A DNA stretch of 64,000 bases. It comes from Macrostomum hystrix. Its lineage: Eukaryota > Animalia > Platyhelminthes. The position numbers and the translations under genes are program-made. The stretch covers positions 496,001 through 560,000 of the forward strand of contig CATNEN010000030.1 of assembly GCA_950097015.1 (NCBI GenBank), in the 5' to 3' direction. Each line of letters opens with the position of its first letter. The stretch's first letter is position 1. The notes below the pieces were generated by a model that was not told where the DNA came from, searched no databases, and saw only the letters and a list, made by a program, of their open reading frames with translations. Below, piece by piece: positions 13,577 to 27,185 of the stretch.

Positions 13577-15918
13577 TTAAAAGCAGCTCTATAGCTAGTG
13601 CTAGTCCCGTGCCGAACCCTGCCCCTCAGTATAGTGATGACGCAATCATGTGGGCCTGAAGCAGGCCAACATATACGGTGGGTGGTTCTCGGCTTCAACT
13701 GCGGGGGTCCGGACTGGCGGCTGGTTATGTAACCAGCGCGCAGAGGGTGAGGCCGCGGTGCCCCGCATCCCCCGCTCCGTCTACCACCACCTCAACCGTT
13801 CTCTGTCTCTCCTTGTCTGTCTCACATCTGCGCAGTTTCTGTACCCTGACCTCAATCTGTCTTCTCTCTGCCATTGCGTTCTCAACAAGCCAGGCCTAAG
13901 GCCCACCCACCCCACCCTCCGCGCCCCTCTCACAGCTTCTTTGCTCTAACCAGTTCTGACTAGTAGCGGGCTGAGGATGCCTCCCTTTCACTAGCGAGCA
14001 GCCGATACTGCCCACCGAGCAGTTCTGTATTATGCGTCGCCTGCCACCCTGCCACCCTACTATAATATTCTATTCCCCATTTTCCCACCGCATCTGAACG
14101 CCACTGCTAGTGTTAATATTTCCATTTGCCTGACTCGATAACAATGCCATTGTAGGTCTGTTTTTTTATTCTTCATCGTCTAAGAATCCCATCCAAGGGC
14201 CATTAGGGTGAACAATATTTGGTCTGTAAGGAGTCAATCATGCGTAAATGTTGTTATTCTGAATTCCGCTTCCATCTACTAAAGGCATTGAGGAACTAAA
14301 GTAATTTTAATCCGCAGTTTGACAAAAGAAAAACAAACTATATAGAGGGTGCGTTTTGAGATTTTGTGTTTTAGAAATTCTAAGTCAGATTTTATTCATT
14401 CATTCGTTTTACAATGCCAAACTGTCGATTTAACTGACTTAAAAAATACGAGCGATATAACAAAAAGCCATGAATTAGAAATCTTTGATCAATGAACAAA
14501 GCTTTATCAATGAATATTAGAGATTTCCTATATGAGATTGATCCCGATCCCACCTGTCCTGTACCTGCCTACTCTAATCTCCCACCAAAGCCGGTTTGAA
14601 ATGACACGCGGCAGTTGCCTGTCTCCGTTTTGTGGAGAATGCCGGGATAAAAATATCTAGCTAGGTTGGCTTGGGAATTGGGAGTTACATGCCAGGAAGG
14701 AAATCAATGCCAGCTGACGATATCCCTGAATTCCGCTAATTTTCAGCAGCCCATAGGTTCTTACGCTAGACGAAGAGACTTGAATCTTTCAGTCCAACTC
14801 GATTCGCTCATTGACAAGCCCCTCTGCTATCTATCGCAATGGGACCCCTTGCCCTGCCCTGTCTTTATCCATTTCACATTTCTTGCTGCCGTTCCCAGCT
14901 GAGAGACACAGAGAGGTTAACCCAAGCCTGGGCCCACCTCAAAACACAGCTAGAAGGAACTGTCCCTCGGCCCCGTCCAAAAAAGGCTTTGTGGTCGGTG
15001 GGGGTGGGTGGCGCAGACGAACTAACCTACATTGTTGCGTAATCGCTCAGATGGTCGGGCGCTGAATCACCCCTTCGGGTCGTCGGGTGGGCCAAGTTTT
15101 TGGGGAAAGAAGAGCGAATGGAAAGGAATGGGGGTGAAGGGTCTCTCAGTGCAGCCTTGGCCCCGCTCAGGACACACGCGGACTGTGAGGGCTGGTTTTG
15201 GGGTGGCTGGGCCTTTGGACAGCGCGTCAGGCCAGTGTACATAGCCGCCCACCCCAATTCTCTCACCCCGCATGTCCAATTGGAGAATGTGGTCTCCTTT
15301 TCAACCAGGCAGCCCCTTTCAGTTTACTGGCTTCAGTCCGGCTGGCACGATCGTATATTAAATAGACGAGCCAAGGACTCCCAGGTGCGGTTAAGTGGTG
15401 CAGTTCTAAGTAGAGCAGACATTAATAAACGCAAAGTTATTAGTCTAGAGTTTTATGGGGTATTAACAGTTTTTTATTATATCAGCTTGGTGTTCAAAAA
15501 GGTCAATCTCTCGGCTGCTGGCTTTTAAAGGCCTTATAGTAAGATACCCGCTGTTCTTTCAAACTAAACATTCTGTTGATTTTGAGTTTGTGCTCAGCTG
15601 TTCTGTAGGCGCAGCTTCAACTAGTATAGTATCTACCTTGTCTTTGTATCTAAAAATCTACGTCGCACAAAACAAAATACTGAACGATAAAATACATCTA
15701 GGCAACTTGGTGAGTAAAACTGTCATTCTCTATGTTATTATATTATTTAGTTCATAGCTACCAAATCCCTACATTGAAAAATGCGAATGATCCCAATCCC
15801 ATGTTAGAAAGATTCAATCCCTAAGCTTAAAGCAAACTTTTTCTTTCACCAAGGTCATCTCACCTGCTGGATATTCGCGCCGTTTTGGAATCTGCAGCCA
15901 AACTATTCAAAGCATTTT

Positions 15919-18900
15919 ATGAAGAAAATCTTTCTGCAGCATGCTCAAGCTCAGCAGCAGCAGAGTGCACTGTTATTACGGGGCACCGACTCACCTGCCA
16001 CGGCGGCGCATCCAGCTTTCGATGACCAGCAGCCTCTCTACCAGCTGCAGCCACTCGGCTATTCCTCAGCCTCCTCGAATTCTTCATCCTCGAATCTGAT
16101 GACGCTGGCAACAGCCGCTGCCGCTGCGGCCGCTGCTCAACCTACAGCGGATGAGGTGGGACCTGCCGGGTGTGGTCGCGAGTTCGAATCCTACGCGGCT
16201 AATTCGTCCTATTCGAATTCGCCCCAGAAGCATTCACTGACGCAGGACCAGGGCGCAGCGATGGAGTCACCTTCGAAGGCCAAGAAGGCCAAGGCTAGAG
16301 GCAGCAGTGAGTGCTAGTTTGATATCCTTACTGAATCCACGATCCTCATTAAATTTGCCCATCGGATAACTGTCCCATCGGATAACTGTCCCATCGGATA
16401 ACTGTCCCACCGGCTAACTGTCCCAGCGGATAACTGTCCCACCGGATAACTGTCCCAGCGGATAACTGTCCCATCGGATAACTGTCCCATCGGATAACTG
16501 TCCCATCGGATAACTGTCCCACCGGATAACTGTCCCATCGGATAACTGTCCCATCGGATAACTGTCCCACCGGATAACTGTCCCACCGGATAACTGTCCC
16601 ATCGGATAACTGTCCCATCGGATAACTGTCCCATCGGATAACTGTCCCATCGGATAACTGTCCCAGCGGATAACTGTCCCAGCGGATAACTGTCCCATCG
16701 GATAACTGTCCCATCGGATAACTGTCCCAGCGGATAACTGTCCCATCGGATAACTGTCCCAGTGGATAACTGTCCCATCGGATAACTGTCCCAGCGGATA
16801 ACTGTCCCATCGGATAACTGTCCCATCGGATAACTGTCCCATCGGATAACTGTCCCATCGGATAACTGTCCCATCGGATAACTGTCCCATCGGATAACTG
16901 TCCCATCGGATAACTGTCCCAGTGGATAACTGTCCCATCGGATAACTGTCCCATCGGATAACTGTCCCATCGGATAACTGTCCCAGCGGATAACTGTCCC
17001 ATCGGATAACTGTCCCATCGGATAACTGTCCCATCGGATAACTGTCCCAGTGGATAACTGTCCCATCGGATAACTGTCCCATCGGATAACTGTCCCATCG
17101 GATAACTGTCCCATCGGATAACTGTCCCATCGGATAACTGTCCCATCGGATAACTGTCCCACCGGATAACTGTCCCACCGGATAACTGTCCCATCGGATA
17201 ACTGTCCCATCGGATAACTGTCCCAGCGGATAACTGTCCCACCGGATAACTGTCCCAGCGGATAACTGTCCCATCGGATAACTGTCCCAGTGGATAACTG
17301 TCCCATCGGATAACTGTCCCATCGGATAACTGTCCCACCGGATAACTGTCCCAGCGGATAACTGTCCCATCGGATAACTGTCCCAGTGGATAACTGTCCC
17401 ATCGGATAACTGTCCCATCGGATAACTGTCCCATCGGATAACTGTCCCATCGGATAACTGTCCCATCGGATAACTGTCCCATCGGATAACTGTCCCATCG
17501 GATAACTGTCCCATCGGATAACTGTCCCACCGGATAACTGTCCCATCGGATAACTGTCCCATCGGATAACTGTCCCATCGGATAACTGTCCCATCGGATA
17601 ACTGTCCCACCGGATAACTGTCACATCGGATAACTGTCCCATCGGATAACTGTCCATATATATCTATATCAATATCTATCCCATCCAATATCTATCCCAT
17701 CCGATATCTATCCCATCCGATATCTATCCCATCCAATATCTATCCCATCCAATATCTATCCCATCCAATATCTATCCCATCCAATATCTATCACATCCAA
17801 TATCTATCCCATCCGATATCTATCCCATCCAATATCTATCCCATCCAATATCTATCCCATCCAATATCTATCCCATCCAATATCTATCACATCCAATATC
17901 TATCCCATCCGATATCTATCCCATCCAATATCTATCCCATCCAATATCTATCCCATCCACTATCTATCCCATCCACTATCTATCCCATCCAATATCTATC
18001 CCATCCAATATCTATCCCATCCAATATCTATCCCATCCACTATCTATCCCATCCAATATCTATCCCATCCAATATCTATCCCATCCGAAATCTATCCCAT
18101 CCAATATCTATCCCATCCAATATCTATCCCATCCACTATCTATCCCATCCACTATCTATCCCATCCAATATCTATCCCATCCAATATCTATCTTATCTGC
18201 TAAAGCCTCTATAAGTAATGTGTCTATGCTAGGCCAAGCAAGTGTTAGGCCTTCTATTCGGTTTCGGGTCAAGTAGATCTGAGAACTCTAACAGCTCATA
18301 GTTGAGAGCACGATTGCGCAAGCATAATTTTCGAAGCACAATGCTCAGGCAATGATGGGATCTGTGGGTTTTCAGATTCTGTGATCCGATCTTCCCAATT
18401 GTGCGTCTTTGTCCTATCTCTGCCCCACCTCAGCTAGTCCATCTCCCGGTGTGACACGGGCAAAGTTATAATATTGCGTCACAGGGGGTAGAAAAATCGG
18501 GTTTAACTTAATGAAGGGTTTGTTCTGCCGATGAGTTTTTTGTTAGCGTCATAGTCGACTCAATTGAGTTTGAAGTTTTTTCTTCGTTCTTAAGAATTCT
18601 CATGGCTGCAGGTTCTGCGAACAAAGACCTTAAAACTCTTTGAATTATGGTTTTTATAAGCTAATGTTTGACTAGGCTAACGGCTGGGGTCGACCATGTT
18701 GTCGGAATGGAGCTATGAAAAATAATATTCTTTCATTTTTAATGAGATCCACACTCTCAGGGCAAGGCAAAGAAGCGAAGGTATTGGGTGACACCAAAAT
18801 GAGTGGTTGCATTGTACACCGTGCTATGGTCTACTTAATATTGGTCTCAATTGGTCCGACCGGGATTACGTCACACTGGCCCCTTTAGCCTCGTATGTAC

Positions 18901-21900
18901 AGTTCTCAATTTTATTCTAACTGAGTATGGGTGAGTTCGTGTGAGTCTAAAGCGAAAAAAAGAAATATTTTTTAAACTTGACAAAAATAATTTTCTCTAA
19001 CTAAGAGATTCCTTGATTGCTAGATCTTGAAACTGTAGTTGGGGAGCATTTATAGGCAATAATTTATTACAGCTTTGGTTCTCGTCTTGTGCAAACTCCA
19101 GTTTTATTATACTGCTAGCCAACTGGCTGGAACTGGCGTTGCATAACCAATAATGCATCAGACGGGGCTGCTATTATTACAGCTAACAAACCTAGGAACC
19201 AGAGCCCCTGTGTGTGTGGTGGGTGTAAGCAAAGAACAGAGTATGGTGTGTGTGTGAGATTTGCGGAGCCGTGTTGCGCAATCGTGGCTATAGGGGACCT
19301 TTTTATTTGCCCACCTCGGTAAAGATAAAAAGCAGATCTATATGGCTCATATCGCTAGCGGACAAGGCTATAGTCAACACACAAGCTCACTGGTATATTC
19401 AAAAGCTGTTAATATTTGAATTCTTGCTTGGGCATGACATGAGGGGGTAATTTAGTTGAACCAGTTGTTTCCGGAACTCCAGATTGCAATGTCATGTTTT
19501 TTGGGGTTTTCTACTTTGCGCACCTTATCTAAGGCTGGAAAATATGATTGGGATTGAATTTTGACAAGTGATTGAAAGGTTTAGATTAAATTCTAACCAA
19601 TAAACAGCAGTTTTATCTAGGCATTCTTAGCTTCCTCACAAACAGTTTTTCATCTATTCCACCTACTGTCATGGGCAATGCAGAGACAAGGCGACACTCG
19701 ACCCGGAAACAAAATATCCCAGCTGCCTGCGCACCCCAACAGGCCTGATTGGGATAAAAATCACAGCCACGCTATCTGTCTGTTTGTCCCGGCTTAGCCC
19801 TGTTGCGCAATAGATCCTGGACCTAAGGCCTCCCCTCCGCCCTGTGTATGGGAAGTGTATGGGAAAATATTTGCAGGCCAGACTGATAGTCGGTGGTTGC
19901 GAGAGTCTCTTTGTTCGACTCTATGCCACAATGTCATAATTATACAGCTATTAAAGTTTGCCAGTGACAGGGGCCGCCGGTGTGCCATTGGGTGTTGACC
20001 CTGTCGCCTGTTGCAGCAGCAGCGGCTCGTGTCCTTGCCTTGGCGGAGTCTTTGTCTTTGTTCTTTGTTTTGCTGATAGAAAAATAAACACTCTTAATTG
20101 AAAATGATCGTTTTTTCCCTGCTGCCAAACATCTAGGCACGCCCTACATTCCGAGCTACATGGACCTGACAAACGGGCCCGAGCCCTGCATTGTGTGCGG
20201 CGACGCTGCGACTGGCTACCACTACCGCTGCATGACCTGCGAGGGCTGCAAGGTGAGCCATTGTGCTAGTCATACCGTGCTGTACCTAGATTCAGTGGGA
20301 GCGTATCACAAACCAGCGACTTTATGATCTAGAGAATTCATGAACCAGGGACTTAAAGATCTAGAAAATTCATGAACTAGCGACTTCAAGATCTAGAGAA
20401 TTCATGAACTAGCGACTTCAAGATCTAGAAAATTCATGAACCAGGGACTTCAAGATCTAGAAAATTCATGAACCAGGGACTTCAAGATCTAGAAAATTCA
20501 TGAACCAGGGACTTCAAGATCTAGAAAATTCATGAACCAGCGACTTCAAGATCTAGAGAATTCATGAACCAGGGACTTCAAGATCTAGAAAATTCATGAA
20601 CCAGCGACTTCAAGATCTAGAGAATTCATGAACCAGGGACTTCAAGATCTAGAAAATTCATGAACTAGCGACTTTAGGATCTAGAAAATTCATGAACTAG
20701 CGACTTTAGGATCTAGAAAATTCATGAACTAGCGACTTTAGGATCTAGAGAATTCATGAACCAGGGACTTCAAGATCTAGAAAATTCATGAACCAGGGAC
20801 TTCAAGATCTAGAAAATTCATGAACCAGGGACTTAAAGATCTAGAAAATTTATGCACTAGCGACTTCATGATCTAGAAAATTCATGAACCAGGGACTTTA
20901 AGATCTAGAAAATTCATGAACCAGGGACTTCAAGATCTAGAAAATTCATAAACCAGGGACTTCAAGATCTAGAAAATTCATGAACCAGGGACTTCAAGAT
21001 CTAGAAAATTCATGAACCAGGGACTTCAAGATCTAGAAAATTCATGAACCAGCGACTTCAAGATCTAGAAAATTCATGAACCAGGGACTTTAAGATCTAG
21101 AAAATTCATGAACCAGGGACTTCAAGATCTAGAAAATTTATGCACTAGCGACTTCATGATCTAGAAAATTCATGAACCAGGGACTTTAAGATCTAGAAAA
21201 TTCATGAACCAGGGACTTCAAGATCTAGAAAATTTATGCACTAGCGACTTCATGATCTAGAAAATTCATGAACCAGGGACTTTAAGATCTAGAAAATTCA
21301 TGAACCAGGGACTTCAAGATCTAGAAAATTCATGAACCAGGGACTTCAAGATCTAGAAAATTCATGAACCAGCGACTTCAAGATCTAGAAAATTCATGAA
21401 CCAGGGACTTCAAGATCTAGAAAATTCATGAACCAGGGACTTTAAGATCTAAAAAATTCATGAACCAGGGACTTCAAGATCTAGAAAATTTATGCACTAG
21501 CGACTTCATGATCTAGAAAATTCATGAACCAGGGACTTTAAGATCTAGAAAATTCATGAACCAGGGACTTTAAGATCTAGAAAATTCATGAACTAGCGAC
21601 TTTAGGATCTAGAAAATTCATGAACTAGCGACTTCAAGATCTAGAAAATTCATGAACTAGCGACTTTAGGATCTAGAAAATTCATGAACTAGCGACTTCA
21701 AGATCTAGAAAATTCATGAACCAGGGACTTCAAGATCTAGAAAGTTCATGAGCTAGCGACTTCAAGATCTAGAAAATTCATGAACTAGCGACTTCAAGAT
21801 CTAGAAAATTCATGAACCAGGGACTTCAAGATCTAGAAAATTCATGAACCAGGGACTTCAAGATCTAGAAAATTCATGAACCAGGGACTTCAAGATCTAG

Positions 21901-24900
21901 AAAATTCATGAACCAGGGACTTCAAGATCTAGAAAATTCATGAACCAGGGACTTCAAGATCTAGAAAATTCATGAACCAGGGACTTCAAGATCTAGAAAA
22001 TTCATGAACCAGGGACTTCAAGATCTAGAAAATTCATGAACCAGGGACTTAAAGATCTAGAAAATTTATGCACTAGCGACTTCATGATCTAGAAAATTCA
22101 TGAACCGGGGACTTCAAGATCTAGAAAATTTATGCACTAGCGACTTCATGATCTAGAAAATTCATGAACCAGGGACTTTAAGATCTAGAAAATTCATGAA
22201 CCAGGGACTTTAAGATCTAGAAAATTCATGAACTAGCGACTTCAAGATCTAGAAAATTCATGAACCAGGGACTTCAAGATCTAGAAAATTCATGAACCAG
22301 GGACTTCAAGATCTAGAAAATTCATGAACCAGGGACTTCAAGATCTAGAAAATTCATGAACCAGCGACTTCAAGATCTAGAAAATTCATGAACCAGGGAC
22401 TTCAAGATCTAGAAAATTCATGAACCAGGGACTTTAAGATCTAAAAAATTCATGAACCAGGGACTTCAATATCTAGAAAATTTATGCACTAGCGACTTCA
22501 TGATCTAGAAAATTCATGAACCAGGGACTTTAAGATCTAGAAAATTCATGAACCAGGGACTTTAAGATCTAGAAAATTCATGAACTAGCGACTTCAAGAT
22601 CTAGAAAATTCATGAACTAGCGACTTCAAGATCATGAACCATGCATTCATAAAATCATCTGTTTTTTTGCTCTACCTGTCTTATGAGTTGGTTTAAAGTG
22701 TCTCACAATTAACCTTCCTTTCTGTCATTTCGCTGACTCATGCCGCCTAGATTTCTAATGTTTTTACTGCCTCAAAATAAAACAAAAATGTGTTGGGCCT
22801 TGCAAAAAATAACTATAGGCTTTGTGTTTGTGTGTGTGAAGGGGAGTGATGATTGCGCTGTGTGTTGAGAACGGAGGCGGGTGAGATGGCTTGAGTCTGC
22901 AGTCTCTCTATTACGCAATCAACTTTCTCGATGAAGAAGGGAGAGGCGAGGCTGGATGAGCAATGGGAATCCTATAACTTCTCTCTTTCCTGGCGTGAAA
23001 ACTTGTCCATCTCTAGCCCACTCTTTCTGTGGGCCTTCACTTACGTAATTCCCTGCTTGTGCTCAGACTGTCCCGCTGTCTGCTAATGCATAATGCAAGC
23101 ATCTTCCGCTAAGGTCTTTAACTAATTCTGTAGGGAAAAATATCGACCGGAAACTTTGCTCGTTTGTCTGCGTCCCGCTGCTTAACTTCTTCTGCTTTAA
23201 ATTTAAGCCTTTTTAGTTTAGAAATAACTTGCGGTCGAAATAAGGAAGTAAGATTGATAGATATTCATTTTGTGCGGTCCACGATCAATTCCTTGATTAA
23301 CGGGCCCTTGCTTCTTCCCCTTAGCCCATAGATTTGTCTTTTGATTTGATTGCGTCGCGTTAAATTGAGGCAAGAATAGCAAATTTTAACGCACTCGTAT
23401 TATGCTGCTATCGATTATGCTTCCTATTTAGGGTTTCTTCAGGCGAACCATCCAGAAGAGCCTGCAGTATCATTGCAAATGGAACGGCGGCTGCCGAATC
23501 GATAAGACCACGCGCAACCAGTGCCAGCAGTGTCGCTTCGCCAAGTGCCTGTCCGTTGGCATGGCAGCCGACTGTGAGTACTAGAAGCTTGATTTGTTAT
23601 CTGATTAGCTAGATGACAATCTCTGATACTTCAGTATACTATCCCAGATCCTCAGGTAAACTATCCCAGATCCTCAGGTAAAATATCTAAGATCCTCAAG
23701 TTTAGCCCTCCTAGATCTTTAGCTCCCAAGATCCCCAGTTTGAAAGCTCAGAAGTCCCTCAGGCTCCCAGATTATTTTCTGAATGAGGCCACGATTATCC
23801 AGTTTGGTGAGGCCATGCATGCTGAATCCCGCCCTGCAACTCCAGTGGTGCTTAACGAGAAGCAGCGAGTGGCCAAGCGCAAGCTGATCGAAGAGAACCG
23901 GCTCCGTCGGTCGGCTGACGTGAAACGCCTACGCGAGGACGACGATCTGGACGACTCCGGTGTCAGCGCCAGCGTCGTCGGCGTCACCGATCACGCCAGT
24001 AGCGCCGTTGGTAGCGGCAGCGGTAGCGGCATCGTTGACCGAGAAGACGGCTTCGATCAAGAGGTCATGCCGGAGGAGGAGCGCGCAACCATCAACTTGG
24101 TGTCTGCCGCCTACCAGCAAGCTTGGCTTTCGGCTGGAGTGACCGCTGCAAATGTGAGAATTCGCGTCTTTTGTGCCGGTTCGGGTCCAATGTACCGGAT
24201 GTGTCTGATGTACTGGATGTGTCTGATGTACTGGATGTGTCTGATGTACTGGATGTGTCTGATGTACCGGATGTGTCTGATGTACTGGATGTGTCTGATG
24301 TACCGGATGTGTCTGATGTACCGGATGTGTCTGATGTACTGGATGTGTCTGATGTACCGGATGTGTCTGATGTACCGGATGTGTCTGATGTACTGGATGT
24401 GTCTGATGTACTGGATGTGTAGCTTATGTACTGGAAGTATCTATTTTGTACTGGAAGTGTATCTAATGTAACGAATGTGGCTAATGTACTGGAAGTGTAT
24501 CTTATGTACTCGAAGTGTATCTTATGTACTGGAGGTGTATCTAATGTACCGAATGTGTCTAATGTACTGGAAGTGTATCTTATGTACTGGAAGTGTATCC
24601 TATGAACAGTGTATCTAATTTTTTTCACCAGAAGCCGACGGCGTCGGATTTCTCAGAGGCAGCCGAGGCGGAGCATCCAGGCGGAGCCGGCAGCAGCGGC
24701 GGCAGCGTCCTGGACAGCCTCACCCAGCTGATGTCGCGCGCCGTCTCTTGCGTCATCAAATTCGCCAGGGGCATTCCAGGCTTCGCTCAGGTGAGAACAC
24801 GCGAGACGAGTGCTTGATTCACTACTTTTAGTAGGTAGGTTTTGGGAAAAGTAAAAGGAAGAGACATTTCTTGGCGTGTAAGCACCCGCTCTGAGAATCA

Positions 24901-26871
24901 GTGGCGGGAGGGTAAGCACCCGCTCTGAGAATCAATGGCTGGAGGATAAGCACCCGCTCTGAGAATCAATGGCGGGAGGGTAAGCACCCGCTCTGAGAAT
25001 CAATGGCGGGAGGGTAAGCACCCGCTCTGAGAATCAATGGCTGGAGGGTAAGCACCCGCTCTGAGGTCGCCAGCTTTTGAATAAAATGATGAACATGGTG
25101 ATTGTGTTCCAGCTGAACGAAGACGACCAGTTTCTGCTGCTGAAAAGCAGCTGCATGGAGATCCTCTGCCTCCGGGTGGCCTGTCGATACGATAAGCAGA
25201 CAGAATCGCTCTCGCTGTCCAATGGCAGTGTGGTTACCAAGGCGACGGTTCGCGTCGGTCGCCTTGGCGAATTCGTCGAGCCGCTGTTCGAATTCGCCAT
25301 CGGCCTGAGCCGCCTGGACTTGGATCAGTGCGAGGTGGCCCTGCTGGCTGGCGTGCTGCTGATGCAGAGCGACCGCATGGGACTCCGTCAACCAGACCGC
25401 ATCGAGGCCGTCCAGGACGCCATTCTGGTGGCCTTCAAGCGATACGTCACCGAGCGGCGGCGAAGGAGAGGCGTCGACTGGGCCAAGATTCTCATGAAGG
25501 TTCGAACTCAGACGAGTAGAATAGGGGGCGTAGGGCAGTGATTCGACTCGATTTTGGTGATCGAATAGTGCTGGGGTTTAGTTAGAATCGATTGGGTTTA
25601 GTTAGAATCGATTGGGTTTAGTTAGAATCGATTGGGTTTAGTTTAAAATCGATTGGGTTTATTTTAAAATCGATGGGGTTTAGTTTAGAATCGATTGGGT
25701 TTAGTTTATAATAGATTGGGTTTATTTTAAAATCGATTGGGTTTTGTTTAGAATCGATGTGGTTTAGTTTATAATCGATTGGGTTTAGTTTAGAATCGAT
25801 TGGGTTTAGTTTAGAATCGATTGGGTTTAGTTTAGAATCGATTGGGCTTAGTTTAGAATCGATTGGGTTTAGTTTAGAATCGATTGGGTTTAGTTTAGAA
25901 TCGATTGGGCTTAGTTTAGAATCGATTGGGTTTAGTTTAGAATCGATTGGGCTTAGTTTAGAATCGATTGTGCTTAGTCTAGAATCGATTGTGCTTAGTT
26001 TAGAATCGATTGGGTTTAGTTTAGAATCGATTGGGTTTAGTTTAGAATCGATTGGGTTTAGTTTAGAATCGATTGGGTTTAGTTTAGAATCGATGGGGTT
26101 TAGTTTATAATCGATGGGGTTTAGTTTAGAATCGATGGGGTTTAGTTTAGAATCGATTGGGTTTAGTTTAGAATCGATTGGGTTTAGTTTAGAATCGATG
26201 GGGTTTAGTTTAGAATCGATTGGGTTTAGTTTAGAATCGATGGGGTTTAGTTTAGAATCGATGGGGTTTAGTTTATAATCGATGGGGTTTAGTTTAGAAT
26301 CGATTGGGCTTAGTTTAGAATCGATTGGGTTTAGTTTAGAACCGATTGGGTTTAGTTTAGAATCGATGGGGTTTAGTTTATAATCGATTGGGTTTAGTTT
26401 AGAATCGATGGGGTTTAGTTTTTAATAGATTGGGTTTATTTTAAAATCGATGGGGTTTAGTTTAGAATCGATTGTGCTTAGTCTAGAATCGATTGGGCTT
26501 AGTCTAGAATCGATTGTGCTTAGTTTAGAATCGATTGGGTTTAGTTTAGAATCGATTGGGTTTAGTTTAGAATCGATAGGGTTTTGTTTAGAATCGATTG
26601 GGTTTTGTTTAGAATCGATAGGGTTTTGTTTAGAATCGATTGGGTGTTTTTCAATCCAAGCTAAGTCATCCTCTCCTATCACCCAATGCAGGTGACAGAC
26701 CTGCGCAGTATTGTAACCAGGCAGGGTGACAATGTGCTCACTGCCAGATTCGACACCGCTGGTGGCAACGAGGTGCCCCTGCTGTTCATGAACATCTTCT
26801 GCGACTCGGAGTCCCAGGCTGTGACGCCTCATTCAACAATTGCCAAGTGTGAGCCAATGGAACCACAGTAG
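15919..26871 (+). CDS. THR: Thyroid hormone receptor (NR1A), ~559 aa; exons 15919-16306, 20137-20252, 23432-23573, 23846-24153, 24632-24790, 25113-25499, 26692-26871
   Basis: All junctions are GT-AG and in phase (1680 nt). DBD region YIPSYMD...[31 protein letters not shown]...[22 protein letters not shown] plus [19 protein letters not shown] is diagnostic of TR. LBD motifs: [55 protein letters not shown]. The start codon is less certain than the rest. Confidence 0.95.
16358..17656. repeat. Intronic minisatellite, 16-bp unit GGATAACTGTCCCATC
   Basis: Tandem periodicity in TR intron 1. Confidence 0.97.
17668..18196. repeat. Intronic minisatellite, 16-bp unit CAATATCTATCCCATC
   Basis: Tandem periodicity, abutting the previous 16-mer array. 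Confidence 0.96.
20312..22640. repeat. Intronic minisatellite, 32-bp unit TCTAGAAAATTCATGAACCAGGGACTTCAAGA
   Basis: Period 32 (e.g. TTCATGAA at 20401 and 20433). Lies in TR intron 2. Confidence 0.97.
24190..24610. repeat. Intronic minisatellite, 18-bp unit GATGTGTCTGATGTACTG
   Basis: Fills TR intron 4 (24154-24631). Confidence 0.95.
24878..25064. repeat. Intronic minisatellite, 34-bp unit GTAAGCACCCGCTCTGAGAATCAATGGCGGGAGG (~5.5 copies)
   Basis: Units start at about 24878, 24912, 24946, 24980, 25014 and 25048 in TR intron 5. Confidence 0.93.
25578..26648. repeat. Intronic minisatellite, 21-bp unit GATTGGGTTTAGTTTAGAATC
   Basis: Fills TR intron 6. Confidence 0.96.
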
Positions 26872-27185
26872 CTGATTAATTGATGACCTGATGGTCAATT
26901 AAACTGTAGTTTTACATCAATCAGCCAGTTATTTGGCCAGTTCATATTTGCAACAAAGTTTTCCTCTTCGCAATTCTGATCACTCTGTCACTTTGTTAGT
27001 ATCATTTGTTATCAAAATGTAGTGAGTGATTCTTTCATCTTCACCATATCATGCTTTTTCTATTAGCTTTAGCCTTACAAATAGAAATCTGTTCATTCAT
27101 TTTTTCCTGTTTATTTATTTTTCTTGCTCAGATAGCTAATTGTTTCAGTGAGTATGTGCAGTGCCGCAGGCGTTATTAAGTCTGA

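Noticed and set aside
10760-15500. Short ORFs and GC-rich patches upstream of TR as transposon relics
   Set aside because: No TIRs, TSDs, repeated copies or convincing protein motifs; more likely regulatory or UTR sequence.
16314-17688. Three 400+ aa minus-strand ORFs
   Set aside because: Artefacts of the stop-free 16-bp repeat.
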